Program-made: the position numbers and the translations under genes
Assembly: GCA_040954595.2 (NCBI GenBank)
Contig: CM082586.2
Coordinates: 8,773,337 to 8,837,336 of the forward strand
Source: Balanoglossus misakiensis
Taxonomy: Eukaryota; Animalia; Hemichordata
Length of the DNA stretch: 64,000 nt
Direction of reading: 5' to 3'
In this document: positions 41,858-55,163 of the stretch, one piece after another
Numbering within the stretch: the stretch's first letter is position 1
How the letters are laid out: every line of letters starts with the position of its first letter
Notes under the pieces: model-generated
Seen by the model: only the letters and a program-made list of their open reading frames with translations
Told to the model about the DNA's origin: nothing
The model's database searches: none

Positions 41858-42160
41858 ACCTAACGCTGCCAAATCAGTTGAAACTGGTTTGATTTCCAGG
41901 GTGCCTAGAATCCTGGCTCCCAGGCCTGTTAGACTACCAAGTGTGTGTTAATCAGTAGCCTATACAAGACCCTCAAACCAATACAGTGCAAACCAGTGCA
42001 ATTTGGTACATTTTACAGGGGTTCAGACTGCCAAGTGTGTCTAAGTAGATATGAGAGCCATGTTAAGACAGTCAACATACGTTTTTGAAGAAAAAGTGGC
42101 AAATAGGTATTTTAAGGGACTTGACACTCTAAACAGATATGACACCCAGTAGCATTAGGG
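41858..42160 (+). mobile_element. piggyBac-like MITE, copy 1
   Basis: TTAA flanks, ends acctaacgctgc / gtagcattaggg; highly similar to 54860-55163. Confidence 0.85.
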
Positions 42161-42798
42161 TTAAACCTGCACTCTGTACACTGGAACATCATGAGGATAC
42201 TGATGATGGAATTATTTGTGTGTTATGTCCATGTATAGGTTGTGAATTGAGCCATGGCATCAGGTCATTGGCCATGTAAAACAACATAACCAGGCAATAT
42301 AAAGAAATAACCAAAGTAATGTCAAAAGTTACAGATTTGTCCCTTTTAGTTTTAGCAATGACTGCAATTTCTCAAACTTTGATCTTTTCACAAGCGGTAA
42401 TCGAAATGAGGATGATCTAACATGTATCGTTAATTGTTAATTAATTGAACAGGCATGTCATTTATGAGAGAGATTGGGAAGGGAACTTTTTTTTATTGGC
42501 CGGTGAAGCAAAATGTCCTTAATAGTCAGGTAATATTCTATTCAAACTGTGCATTTGTCTTGAAAAATTTGTCCCTTAATTAATAGAGAGATGTCCTGAT
42601 TAGAGAGGTGTCTAATGGCAGGTTTCACTGTAATATTATATTTTGCAGAATCAGCTCCTAAATAGAATGAAACATTCCTCTTTGAGTAAGAGTTAGCCTA
42701 TTATTGAAAGTACACCTCTGATGCTTGAGTGATCCATAACTGTAGTGGGACAATTCTTTAAGTACTATCAATTGCGTGATCTGGCCATGTTACCCACA

Positions 42799-42997
42799 GC
42801 ATTGTCATTTCCAGATGACGGGCAAGCAATATTTTGGCATCTAGTAAAAGATTTTCCGAGTATGTTTTTACTTTAGAAATGCCAGACACGTAACATGTAT
42901 CAGGTATGGTGCCTCATCAGCCTCATGGCGTTTCGTCTGCACAGTCGTTGCCTGCACCACGTTGCTGAAGTTGCCCGTCATCTGGAAATTTGAATGC
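42799..42997. repeat. small element bounded by inverted repeats
   Basis: tttccagatgacgggcaa (42808-42825) is exactly inverted at 42971-42988. Confidence 0.65.
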
Positions 42998-44906
42998 GAA
43001 CATAACTGCCTCCTGAGCGCGTCTGACGTCATTTGATATATCGAAGACATTCGAGATGTTAGAGTCATGTAGTGGAACTATAGACAGTTTCTACTATCTA
43101 TGGTGGAACGAGAGAATAAGGGCCTTACTGCCAGTGGCAATGGAAGATATACAAGCATTTGTAGAACAAATGTCACAGGGTGTGTATCAGTCTCTACAAT
43201 TCATTCCTTCTCAGTTCTTGTGTGTGACACACAACTCACACACCACCAACATTGAGAATTTGTGTCACAGACCAATGGGCACTATGCATCACTGACTACA
43301 CACACGGCCACTTCCCTCGTTAAAAAAAATCTGTTAATGTATACAAGGTATGTTTAACACAGCCGCAAATTTCTTGCCATGACAACTAATTCCACAGAAT
43401 AAGTCATGTGTGAATAAAAACAGGGTGGTGGACTTCTTTGCACAGACATGTTTTTTAAAGTCTTTGATATCGGTGTAATTATCCAAAGGTAGTGGTCAGG
43501 TGGGGTGAACTTTCAATTCAGCATTGCTGGTCACTTTATAAACAGGTGCGCTTGAATGGCTCAAAAGAAAACAACCAAAAACATAGCCAGCTCTCACACA
43601 CATAGACAAGTGTTCAAGACTCAAGCAAAGTTATCACAACACATTGTTTGCCATTCCATTTGAAGAAGTTCGAAGAGAAATTATCCTACCGGTGGGTTTT
43701 TTAATTCATAGACTGGATGCGTGCCAGGCATTCCAATTACATCCACATGTGCATGGCAGTTGTTTCAAAACCAAATTTACACCTTTTACTGGGACAACGT
43801 CTCTCTTTTTCGTGTCAAAATCCATTATAAATGTACTCCAAAACAAAAAAGTGACTCATAGTCATATGATGACCACACATGGCTTGAAGAATACTGTGAA
43901 CAAGGTTTTTGCCCTTTACGCTAAGAAGATTGAGTTTAATTAAACTGGCTGTCTCAGTATCTGCGTGATTTGAATCAACCACCATTTCATTGATCTAACA
44001 GTGCCAAAAAGGGTCACTGCAACCTGTTGTGCAACTCGCACAAACTACTAAAAAAACGGGTGAACAATTGATAATATAGATGAGTGAAAATTAGATATTG
44101 CCATAGACTACTGGTGCTGTAATCATGTTCCATCATTTCTCTTTGGTCTAAGGGTTCTGTTATTATCATGTACACTAACTGATGCAGGTCACAAATGTCA
44201 TCACAGATCAATATGTGCACAATAAGCCAGGGCCTATGATTTTATTTTCAAATTTAGATAAGGTCCATTTAGATTAAGCTCACCCTCTAATTGTGGCTGT
44301 ATATAAATGTGAAATAATAACGGTGACTTCACCAATTTTCCCAGTCTCCCAGTGCATGAGTCGAATGGTGCCATTCGTCTGCTAAGGATGAAAGGAAGAC
44401 TGAATGTATTTTATCGTTAAAAATATGCTGAATTTAAGTTTAGCTGAAGTGTCAACATTATGTGGCAAGCATAAGGGCCTAACTGCACTGGTGTCTGCTC
44501 TGCCTGCTCGAGAGGAGTGAATTAACACTCAGGCATATTGTCATTCATGTGATTTGGATGTTTTTTTGCATTATTGAGTAAAAATAGAAATGTGACGACA
44601 GTAAATGCACTGTTTATTACAACAGGAGTTTGGCTGATTAATAGTTCATCACGAATTTTATGACAACTATATATACAGAGAAATGGCAGTGATGTGAAAA
44701 AGTGACATATGAAGTTGAGGACCGTCTCACAGATTGCAATGCAACCAATGTCAAAAAAGCTTAATTCATTTGTTTGGATCAAAACCCCTTCATTTGAATA
44801 AAAATAAAATTCATAAGTGAGAAGTGATGAGATGTATGAAAAAAGAGTACAACAGAATATTGGCCTAAGCTATGTATTACTATTCAGATACTAGTTATAA
44901 TTACAA

Positions 44907-47900
44907 AATATAGCTGCAAGCAGCGATGACGGGCACAAGCTTAAGCCGAAGGTCAAAGGTCATACGTGGTCACCCAAAATTTGGGCAAAAAGTTTTGACC
45001 CCCATACTAGTCCAGGTCCAACAGAAACCTGACCTCTAGCCCTATTGGTTTGTCTGAAATTAGAAATGCACATAATTAATGATGTAAAGTGGAAGACTCC
45101 ATTAATAGTTCGATCCATCCAAACACAAATGATGTACCTGTTCTGGATGCCGAGATATAGCAAAGTAGGTCAAATGTCACCTGAGGTCACCCAAAATTTG
45201 GGCAAAATTTTTGACCCCATACTGATCCATGTCCCACAAGAACAAAACCTCTAGCCCTATTGGTTAGCCTGGAATTAGGTATGCACATAATTAATGAGAT
45301 ATGCAGGTGTCACAGGTGACCCCCAATTTTGGCTTTTCAATTTTAGTCCCAACCCTCCAAACGCCAAGTCTGTGCCTGCTCTGGTTGCCAAGATATGGTA
45401 AATTAGGTCAAAGGTCACATGAGGTCATGCAAAATTTGGGCAAGAAATTTTGACCCTATACTGGTCCATGTTCAACAAAAATCAAACCTCTAACCCCATT
45501 GGTTAGCCTGTAATTAGGTATGCACATAATTAATGAGTTAAGCAGGTGTTACAGGTGAGCCCAAAATTTTGCCTTTTATTGTGGTCCCATTCTGCTCAGG
45601 GGCCAATAGAGAGTCACTGTACAGGACCATTGCACAGCCAACGTGGACATAGCGTGATAGCTTAACTATAGAAAGTATAGGCCTATGGCTGGGTCCAAAA
45701 ATATGAAAAATAAAAAAATCTTCTTCTCAAAATAGACTTGGCCCACGGCCTTGACATTTGGCATGTAGGACACTGACCACATGGTCTGCAAAAATCGCTA
45801 AAAGAATTTTGATATCTCCATTCATATGCAAATTAGGTCCATTTGAAAACTTTGCCCATATATGGTCATCAGGTCACATGACTTATTAAACATTCACGAG
45901 GGTACAGCACCAGCTCTCATAGGCCTGCACCACTGTGCCAAGTTTGAGATTTGTAGGTTCAGCCGTTTTCAAGATCCTGTTGGGCAAAAAAACGACACAA
46001 GAAAAAAAAAAAGAAGAATATAGCTGCAAGCAGCGATGACGGGCACAAGCTTAAGCCGAAGGTCAAAGGTCATATGTGGTCACCCAAAATTTGGGCAAAA
46101 AGTTTTGACCCCTATACTAGTCCAGGTGCAACAGAAACCAGACCTCTAGCCCTATTGGTTTGTCTGAAATTATATATGCGCATAATTAATGATGTAAAGT
46201 GTAAGACTCCATTAATAGTTCGATCCATCCAAACACAAATGCTGTACCTGTCCTGGATGCCGAGATATAGGAAAGTAGGTCAAAGGTCACCTGAGGCCAC
46301 CTGAAAGTTGGGCAAAAAAATTTGACCCCATACTAGTCTAGGTCCAAGAAAAACCAGACATCTAACCCTATTGGTTCGCCTAGAATTATATATGCACATA
46401 ATTAATGAGGTAAAGTATGAGGCTCCATTAGGAGTCACAACCCTCCAAATGCCAAAGCTGTATCTGTGCTGGTTGCCGAGATATGGTAAAGTAGGTCAAA
46501 GGTCACCTGAGGTCACTCAAAATTTGGGCAAAAATTTTTGATCCCATACTGGTCCATGTTCAACAAAAATCAAACCTCTAGCCATATTGGCTAGCCTGGA
46601 ATTAGGTATGCACATAATTAATGAGATGTGCAGGTGTCACAGGTGACCTTCAATTTTGTCTTTTCAATTTTAGTCACAACCCTTCAAACGCCAAGTCTGT
46701 ACGTGCTGTGGATGCCGAGATATAGGAAAGTAGGTCAAAGGTCACCTGAGGTCACCCAAAATTTGGGCAAAAAATTTTGATCCCATACTGGTCCATGTCC
46801 CACAAGAACAAAACCTCTAGCCCTATTAGTTAGCCTGGAATTAGGTATGCACATAATTAATGAGTTAAGCAGGTGTTACAGGTGAGCCCAAAATTTTGCC
46901 TTTTATTGTGGTCCCATTCTGCTCACGGGCCAATAGAGAGTCACTGTACAGGACCATTGCACAGTCAACCTGGACATAGCGTGATAGCTTAACTATAGAA
47001 AGTATAGGCCTATGGCTGGGTCCAAAAATATGAAAAATAAAAAAATCTTCTTCTCAAAATAGACTTGGCCCACGGCCTTGACATTTGGCATGTAGGACAC
47101 TGACCACATGGTCCGCAAAAATCGCTAAAAGAATGTTGATATCTCCATTCATATGCAAATTAGGCCCATTTGAAAACTTTGCCCATATATGGTCATCAGG
47201 TCATGTGACTAATTACACATTCACGAGGGTACTGCACGAGCTCTCATAGACCTGCACCATTGTGCCAAGTTTGAGATTCGTAGCTTCAGCCATTTCCAAG
47301 ATCCTAGTTGGCAAAAAAACTGCACAAGAAAAAGAAGTAGAAGAAATATAGCTGCAAGCAGCGATGACGGGCACAAGCTTAAGCCGAAGGTCAAAGGTCA
47401 TATGTGGTCACCCAAAAATTGGGCAAAAAGTTTTGACCCCCATACTAGTCCAGGTCCAACAGAAACCAGACCTCTAGCCCTATTGGTTTGTCTGAAATTA
47501 GATATGCGCATAATTAATGATGTAAAGTGTAAGACTCTATCAATAGTTCGATCCATCCAAACACAAATGCTGTACCTGTTCTGGATGCCGAGATATAGGA
47601 AAGTAGGTCAAAGGTCACCTGAGGCCATCCAAAAGTTTAGCAAAAAAATTTGACCCCATACCAGTCCAGGTCCAACAAAAATCAGGCCTCTAACCCTATT
47701 GGTTCGCCTAGAATTAGATATGCACATAATTAATGAGGTAAAGTATTAGGCTTCATTAGGAGTTCCATGCCTCCAAATGCCAAGGCTGTATCTGCGCTGG
47801 TTGCCGAGATATGGTAAAGTAGGTCAAAGGTCACCTGAGGTCACCCAAAATTTGGCAAGAAATTTTAACCCCATACTGGTCCATGTCCCACAAGAACAAA

Positions 47901-49970
47901 ACCTCTAGCCGTATTAGTTAGCCTGGAATTAGGTATGCACATAATTAATGAGTTAAGCAGGTGTTACAGGTGAGCCCAAAATGTTGCCATTTATTGTGGT
48001 CCCATTCTGCTCACGGGCCAATAGAGAGTCACTGTACAGGACCATTGCACAGCCGGCGTGGACATAGCGTCATAGCTTAACTATAGAAAATATAGGCCTA
48101 TGGCTGGGTCCAAAAATATGAAAAATAAAAAATCTTCTTCTCAAAATAGACTTGGCCCATGGCCTTGACATTTGGCATGTAGGACACTGACCACATGGTC
48201 TGCAAAAATCGCTAAAAGAATTTTGATATCTCCATTCATATGCAAATTAGGTCCATTTGAAAACTTTGCCCATATATGGTCATCAGGTCACATGACTAAT
48301 TAAACATTCACAGGGATACTGCACCAGCTCTCATAGGCCTGCACCATTGTGCCAAGTTTGAGATTTGTAGGTTCAGCCGTTTTCAAGATCTACCTGAGCA
48401 AAAAAACTGCACAAGAAAAAAAAAAAAAAGATGAAAAACCCCAGTAATACCAATAGGGCACAAGCCTGCTTGGCTTGTGCCCTAAAAAACAGGGTAAAAC
48501 CAATAGGGCACAAGCGCCTGAGGGCGCTTGTGCCCTAAATATAGCTGCAAGCAGCAATGACGGGCACAAGCTTAAGCCGAAGGTCAAAGGTCATATGTGG
48601 TCACCCAAAATTTGGGCAAAAAGTTTTGACCCCTATACTAGTCCAGGTGCAACAGAAACCAGACCTCTAGCCCTATTGGTTTGTCTGAAATTATATATGC
48701 GCATAATTAATGATGTAAAGTGTAAGACTCCATTAATAGTTCGATCCATCCAAACACAAATGCTGTACCTGTCCTGGATGCCGAGATATAGGAAAGTAGG
48801 TCAAAGGTCACCTGAGGCCACCTGAAAGTTGTTCAAAAAATTTTGACCCCATACTAGTCCAGGTCCAAGAAAAACCAGACATCTAACCCTATTGGTTCGC
48901 CTAGAATTAGATATGCACATAATTAATGAGGTAAAGTATGAGGCTCCATTAGGAGTCACAACCCTCCAAATGCCAAAGCTGTATCTGTGCTGGTTGCCGA
49001 GATATGGTAAAGTAGGTCAAAGGTCACCTGAGGTCACCCAAAATTTGGGCAAAAATTTTTGATCCCATACTGGTCCATGTTCAACAAAAATCAAACCTCT
49101 AGCCATATTGGCTAGCCTGGAATTAGGTATGCACATAATTAATGAGATAAGCAGGTGTCACAGGTGACCCCTAATTTTGTCTTTTCAATTTTAGTCACAA
49201 CCCTCCAAACGCCAAGTCTGTACGTGCTGTGGATGCCGAGATATAGGAAAGTAGGTCAAAGGTCACCTGAGGTCACCCAAAATTTGGGCAAAAAATTTTG
49301 ATCCCATACTGGTCCATGTCCCACAAGAACAAAACCTCTAGCCCTATTAGTTAGTCTGGAATTAGGTATGCACATAATTAATGAGTTAAGCAGGTGTTAC
49401 AGGTGAGCCCAAAATTTTGCCTTTTATTGTGGTCCCATTCTGCTCACGGGCCAATAGAGAGTCACTATACAGGACCATTGCACAGCCAACGTGGACATAG
49501 CGTGATAGCTTAACTATAGAAAGTATAGGCCTATGGCTGGGTCCAAAAATATGAAAAATAAAAAAATCTTCTTCTCAAAATAGACTTGGCCCACGGCCTT
49601 GACATTTGGCATGTAGGACACTGACCACATGGTCCGCAAAAATCGCTAAAAGAATTTTGATATCTCCATTCATATGCAAATTAGGCCCATTTGAAAACTT
49701 TGCCCATATATGGTCATCAGGTCACATGACTTATTAAACATTCACGAGGGTACTGCACCAGCCCTCATAGGCCTGCACCACTGTGCCAAGTTTGAGATTT
49801 GTAGGTTCAGCCGTTTTCAATATCCTGTTGGGCAAAAAAACGACACAAGAAAAAAAAAAAAAAGATGAAAAACCCCAGTAATACCAATAGGGCACAAGCC
49901 TGCTTGGCTTGTGCCCTAAAAAAACCCAGTAATACCAATAGGGCACAAGCCTGCTTGGCTTGTGCCCTAA
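44907..49970 (-). mobile_element. cluster of four Helentron-associated (HINE/DINE-like) non-autonomous elements with internal ~215-240 bp subrepeats
   Basis: Bodies start with aatatagctgcaagcagc at 44907, 46017, 47345 and 48538. The subTIR gggcacaagc lies next to a short gctgc-aa-gcagc stem-loop at one end and recurs in TAGGGCACAAGC..GCTTGTGCCCTA palindromes at 48454, 48504, 49888 and 49939. AA/TT junctions, no TSD. Confidence 0.85.
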
Positions 49971-50944
49971 CAAAACATTTTTAACGCAAATTACAAGAAA
50001 GCCAGAGAGTTGTTTTCTGGTTTTCTTACGCTATTTCTTATCTTTTGAAGAAATGCAATTTATAGTCCAGTCAATGAGCATGTTTTACAAATTGTTAGTC
50101 AAATGTTACATTTGTGTGTGTTACATTGGAAGATTCTCATCTGTCATTTCCAAGCTCTTCTATTTTCAGTCATTTCATTCTTTCATTTCGTTGGTTGTCC
50201 GTTCACTCCAAAAATGAAACTTAGAACTCAAAGGAACCAAAAATCAGTAAGAAATTGAAGATCAGATCACAACATCCACAATTCCATAAATTCGTCACGG
50301 CTTACAGCAAGGTTAAGGGTTCTCAAACATATGCAAGCAAATATCGATGTCAGTAAGGTACTTAGACAGTTAAGCATGGATATCAGTCTGATATCACTGT
50401 TGAACATACCAACATCACTGGGTGGTAAATAAACATTGAACTTGCCCACGCTCAGTGGTAAGCTATATACAATGTAGCTATGTAGTTGATATTATCAGAA
50501 ATCAACGCTATATTACCCATGATGGTACGAGTACTGTTCTGTAATTCTTTTTATAAAACAGATAAACAAGGAATAATATCAATAGAGCCCATTCTCCAAA
50601 TAACTAAATTTCAATAATAACAAGTACCGGTAGTACAATGGAATGTTACCATTCCTAACACATTTTCTTTGCATCCCTTTGTGAAAATTTGTTATATTTG
50701 TTCCACACATACACGTATCAACTATATTTTATGAACCATGTTTAACTGTCTTTCGACTAGACTGTCTCAGACTCAGAGTCCCTTGTTTGCTAGCAAAGCT
50801 GATTTCATACATGTGGTAGCAACCCAGCAAAGCGCACAGCCAGCATAGAACTGCACGACTGGCTTAGTCAGAAGAAAATTGACTCACTAGCACAGTTGCC
50901 TGTGGGCTACAAGTCTCTGTGCGTGTACTCTAAAAAAAATAACA

Positions 50945-51120
50945 ACATAGTATCAAGGACACTGTGGTCCCATTACGGATTAGACAGGAAAAAGGTTTAC
51001 ACTGAAAACACACATATATGATATAGTCAGATAGACATGTATACAGACAGACAGACAGACAGACACATAGGGAGATCAACAGGCAAACACTGACTGACCC
51101 ATAGGCTGCCAATGGCATGT
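50945..51120. repeat. short HINE-like repeat with (ACAG)n; terminal fragments also near 8541-8590 and 19968-20018
   Basis: Shared aacat.g..tc.agg.cactgtggtcccatt...gatta.acag in three places. Confidence 0.55.
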
Positions 51121-52733
51121 TTCTGTATACATACACCAAGTAGAACAGCTGGTCATTCGACAGTTGGCCTAAGTTATATAAACACGTAGAAACTGGGGGG
51201 TTCCTCTTAATTGCAAACAACTAGGTACCTTTTTTTTCTCTCTTCTTGAGATTAATTTTTTGGTGATTTAAACATCCTAAAATACCACACTTCCATTTTG
51301 CTTTGTTTTGATTCCATTGCAATTCTAAAGCTAAGGAGCACATCCCATTAGTTTACAACTTGAATGTTGAAGTAATCAGTTATACACTTTCTGAAACACA
51401 TAATTTTTTATCATAATAAGAATTGCCTTGGAAACTGGGAATAATAAGAATTGCCTTGGAGAATGGGAACTAAATTGCAAAGCAATGGGACAATAATTTT
51501 CAGTGATATGGATTCTTTAAAAACAAAAATGGCAAAACTTAACCCAAAAATACAATATTGAATAACACTTTCATCATACAGTGTATAGCCTATAAGGGTT
51601 TGTAAATCATCATAAGAACACCCCCCCCCCCCCCCCCCCCCCCCCGAAGAAATTCCCTAATATCTAAATCATGCCCTTCACTTCATTCCTATCAAAATTG
51701 TAATATCACATTCTGGGGTCAATACAGTGCTCCATATTTTAAAAAAATTCTATGTAACAAATGGAACCTGCCAGACAGAATGTTGACAGAAGAAATCTGG
51801 TATGTACAATGTTGACACATGAAGAACTTTAAGAGTAGACATTTTTACTAGATAATTACCTCTTACACACTATGCATTCACAACAAGTAAGTTACTGCCA
51901 TGCAGCAATGGTTCTTAATCTTACTTGACAGTGTTCAAAATACATAATAAACCACACTAAGTAAACTTCATAAAGATTTTCATGCACTATTTTCAATCCA
52001 TGTACAAAATAAGTTTCCCTTGCGATTTCTGTTTATTTGCGTCATTAGAATTCCTGTAATTGCTCTCAGCAAGATTTTTGCTTTTCAACAAAGAAAAGAC
52101 CATTTGGTGGGATATTTAAGAAATTATTAATTGTGTTGTATTTAGTGTGTCCTATGTAACTTGTAATAACATTTTAAATTCTTAATGCAATTGCTTTCAA
52201 GAAATTGTTGCTAATTTCCATCTGAACAGAAAGTCCAGGCTCCTTTGAATTTTTCCATCTAGTATTTTCTTTGTTGTTTAGTGGACAACGTTGTGTGCCC
52301 AATTTTCATTTGAATGTCACATCCTGTACAACAATATAAGTTATTAACAAAAGTACCATTTCACCTTTTGTTGAGTACCACTTTTTACTAGCCATTTCCT
52401 TCAAAACAATATTCAGTGACTTTACAAACTGTGATAGGCTAAATTACCTGAAAATTACAACTTTGGTTAGCCAAGGCAATGAAAGCTAAATGTCATAGTT
52501 CTAAATAATTTTTATCTTTATAAATTTTAAAAACCAAGTATTACAGCAAATACAGAATGAATACCCCAGTTAAAACGAGAAGATTTACACTTTTTACAGT
52601 GAACTTTTAATACAGATTCTCTGCTGAAATTGATTAAAAAGAAATACTGAGATAGTCTGCATACAATAATAGTATATGTACCATCTCACAATCTTAGGGT
52701 CAATAAAAACGTCTGTTTGCATGTTAACTTGAA

Positions 52734-53097
52734 TTATCACACCTCACGTATTATGTCGTATTCGTGATTGGCTGAGACGCGCTCACGTGACATAGAGAAA
52801 AAAGTGATATAACATGGCAAGAGTTGATACAGCCCTGTTGATATTGCGCACGACTTCTGTGCATAACAAACTGTCGTTCAATCATGGCTTCCTCCACGAT
52901 CAGTCAACTCCCGCATCTATGGCTTCAAAGCGGCACACAGGTTGAACACCTGTTCAACTGGACGATATTTTACAGGCTGGTGCTCTCTGACCATAACCTG
53001 CAACTCAGGCATCATCAATATTATGGTCAGAGATCACCATCCCTCGTGCAGGCTTCAAATCGTGATATTGTCCTCGCTATCATGTGTTATTATTTAA
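52734..53097 (-). mobile_element. degraded hairpin-containing element, boundaries approximate
   Basis: CpG-rich patch with inverted arms 52978-52996 / 53021-53039. Confidence 0.4.
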
Positions 53098-53368
53098 CCA
53101 TGAAACCAACAAGTCAGAATAACCACTTATTTATTAAACACTCATGTGACATACATGGTGACCAATATAGACATTCTGATAAATACATAAGTATGTCACG
53201 ATTATTATAATTAATTCAGCAATAAAAATGCTGCATGGGTTCCAAGTTCACACGATGGGCTATTACTATTAATAAGACAACTACCAGATTTTGTCAATTG
53301 ATGATCAAGAACAACTCAATATAATCTATCACAAGGCTTTTGGGTATCCTATCACCCCCCCCCCCCCT

Positions 53369-53372
<4 letters not shown>

Positions 53373-53426
<54 letters not shown>
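53373..53426 (+). repeat. (CT)n microsatellite preceded by a poly-C run
   Basis: About 27 CT units. Confidence 0.95.
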
Positions 53427-53428
<2 letters not shown>

Positions 53429-53494
53429 TTCTCAATGTCTCTCCACTTTCCCTTGTATGGCAAATGATAATTGAAAGTGACGTTAATATCTTAC

Positions 53495-53582
53495 CTGATC
53501 AGCATTTTGAGTTTTGACAGGTTTGATGAGTGGCAAGATATTCTTGTGCTCCATACGTCTGTCTTTCTTACTCAAGTGTGAT
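53495..53582 (-). CDS. DYRK4: DYRK4 upstream exon (SHLSKKDRRMEHKNILPLIKPVKTQNADQ)
   Basis: tttatttcag acceptor, CAG|gtaaga donor, 88 nt, phases 2/0 fit both neighbours. Confidence 0.75.
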
Positions 53583-54859
53583 CTGAAATAAATGAAGGGA
53601 ACTGATGAATGCACTGAACATCTCTTGAATAAAATACTGTACAGAGAAAAATCCTGTTGGAAACAAAAAGAGGCCTGCCTTGTACCAGCTGAGCAGGGAT
53701 TGAATACTGCCAATGGTATCAGAATAGTGATAATAGTGATCTATGCAAAGTTCCCCCTGGTGAACATGGATCTCAGAGTTATCAAACAATGGACAAAACC
53801 ACTGAATAGATATATGGATGATCCATTCTATATCACAAACAACGTCTCTATCAAAATGACAAGCATTAAAATGTACATTCTCCACCATATTATCCATATA
53901 TACTTTCTACTAACTGACCCTTAACAGCAGAGTGATTATGATTCACGTTCTCGTTTCCATCAAATAATTAATATAATATGAGCAATACTCGACAGATATT
54001 AATTTTTCCTTTCTTGCTTATTATATTAATACATAATATCAATTTTTAATGACAGTGATCAGAACCTTTTCATTTGCATACTACCGTACATCTTGACTGT
54101 ACTCATCATATGAAGACATACACATTTTCACAATCAAATAAAAAAATATTGCCATGATGTGGTCCTTTAAGAAATTGTCAATTACATGTAATCAGATTTG
54201 TTAAGTACAAGTCTGTTTTGCTACCATATAAATCCCTAGATGGATGATGCGTGCAGGTGCTGCAATTTCGCTTTACTTGATTATCTATAATGATCAATAA
54301 TTATCAATGAACGCCTTAAATTTGCGAACAAGATTTTAATTAAAATTTTCTTGCCCTCATTAAAAATTATGAAAACAAAAAAATTATTTCAATTTCATCT
54401 TTGAAGACACACTAAAATAAATATGATTGCAACATGGTAAACAACCATATTATTATTATGTGACTAATAAATCAGCTAACTGCTTATAAACAAAACCTCA
54501 ACTTTTCTGTTCTTCATAAATTTTATGTTCTAGAAAAAAAAATCATATTAGATGCAGTATACCAGTGTGTGAATTGTTATGGTATTTTTCAGTAATAGTT
54601 GCAATTGTCCACTACACTAGATTGGGCAACCATTTTTCCTTTCAAAGCCTTTTTCCAATTCGTAACATTCAACAGTATCTACATGAAGCTGTAAAAATTG
54701 GTGGGTAGGTATAGCAGTATGACAAAATTCATTTAGCTTCTGTTTCCTTCTCAAGTAATTTGAAGATCCCAGCTGACAAATGTTAGTCACAATAAGGTGT
54801 ACAACTGTGTCAACAAAGATCTTTTTAAAAAGTTTTACTCAGTGTACAATCTATTTTAA

Positions 54860-55163
54860 CCCTAACGCTGCCAAGTCAGTTGAAACTGGTTTGATTTCCA
54901 TGGTGCCTAGAATCCTGGCTCCCAGGCCTGTTAGACTGCCAAGTGCGTGTTACTCAGTAGGGCCTATACAAGACCCTCAAACCAATACAGTGCAAACCAG
55001 CGCGATTTGGTACATTTTACAGGGGTTCAGACTGCCAAGTGTGTCTAAGTACGTATGAGAGCCATATCAAGACAGTCAAAATACGTTTCAGAAGAAAAAG
55101 TGGCAAATACGTATTTAAGGAACTTGACACTCTGAACAGGTATGACACCCAGTAGCATTAGGG
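54860..55163 (+). mobile_element. piggyBac-like MITE, copy 2
   Basis: ttaa|ccctaacgctgc ... gtagcattaggg|ttaa. Confidence 0.9.

Noticed and set aside
44907-49970. CRISPR-like array or repeated protein-coding gene (recurring ORFs MWSPKIWAK...)
   Set aside because: There are no unique spacers, the units are kb-scale paralogous repeats, and the ORFs have non-ATG starts, variable stops and no recognisable domain.
51414-51468. Tandem duplication of about 27 bp (taataagaattgccttgga...)
   Set aside because: Ordinary local slippage duplication with no further structure.
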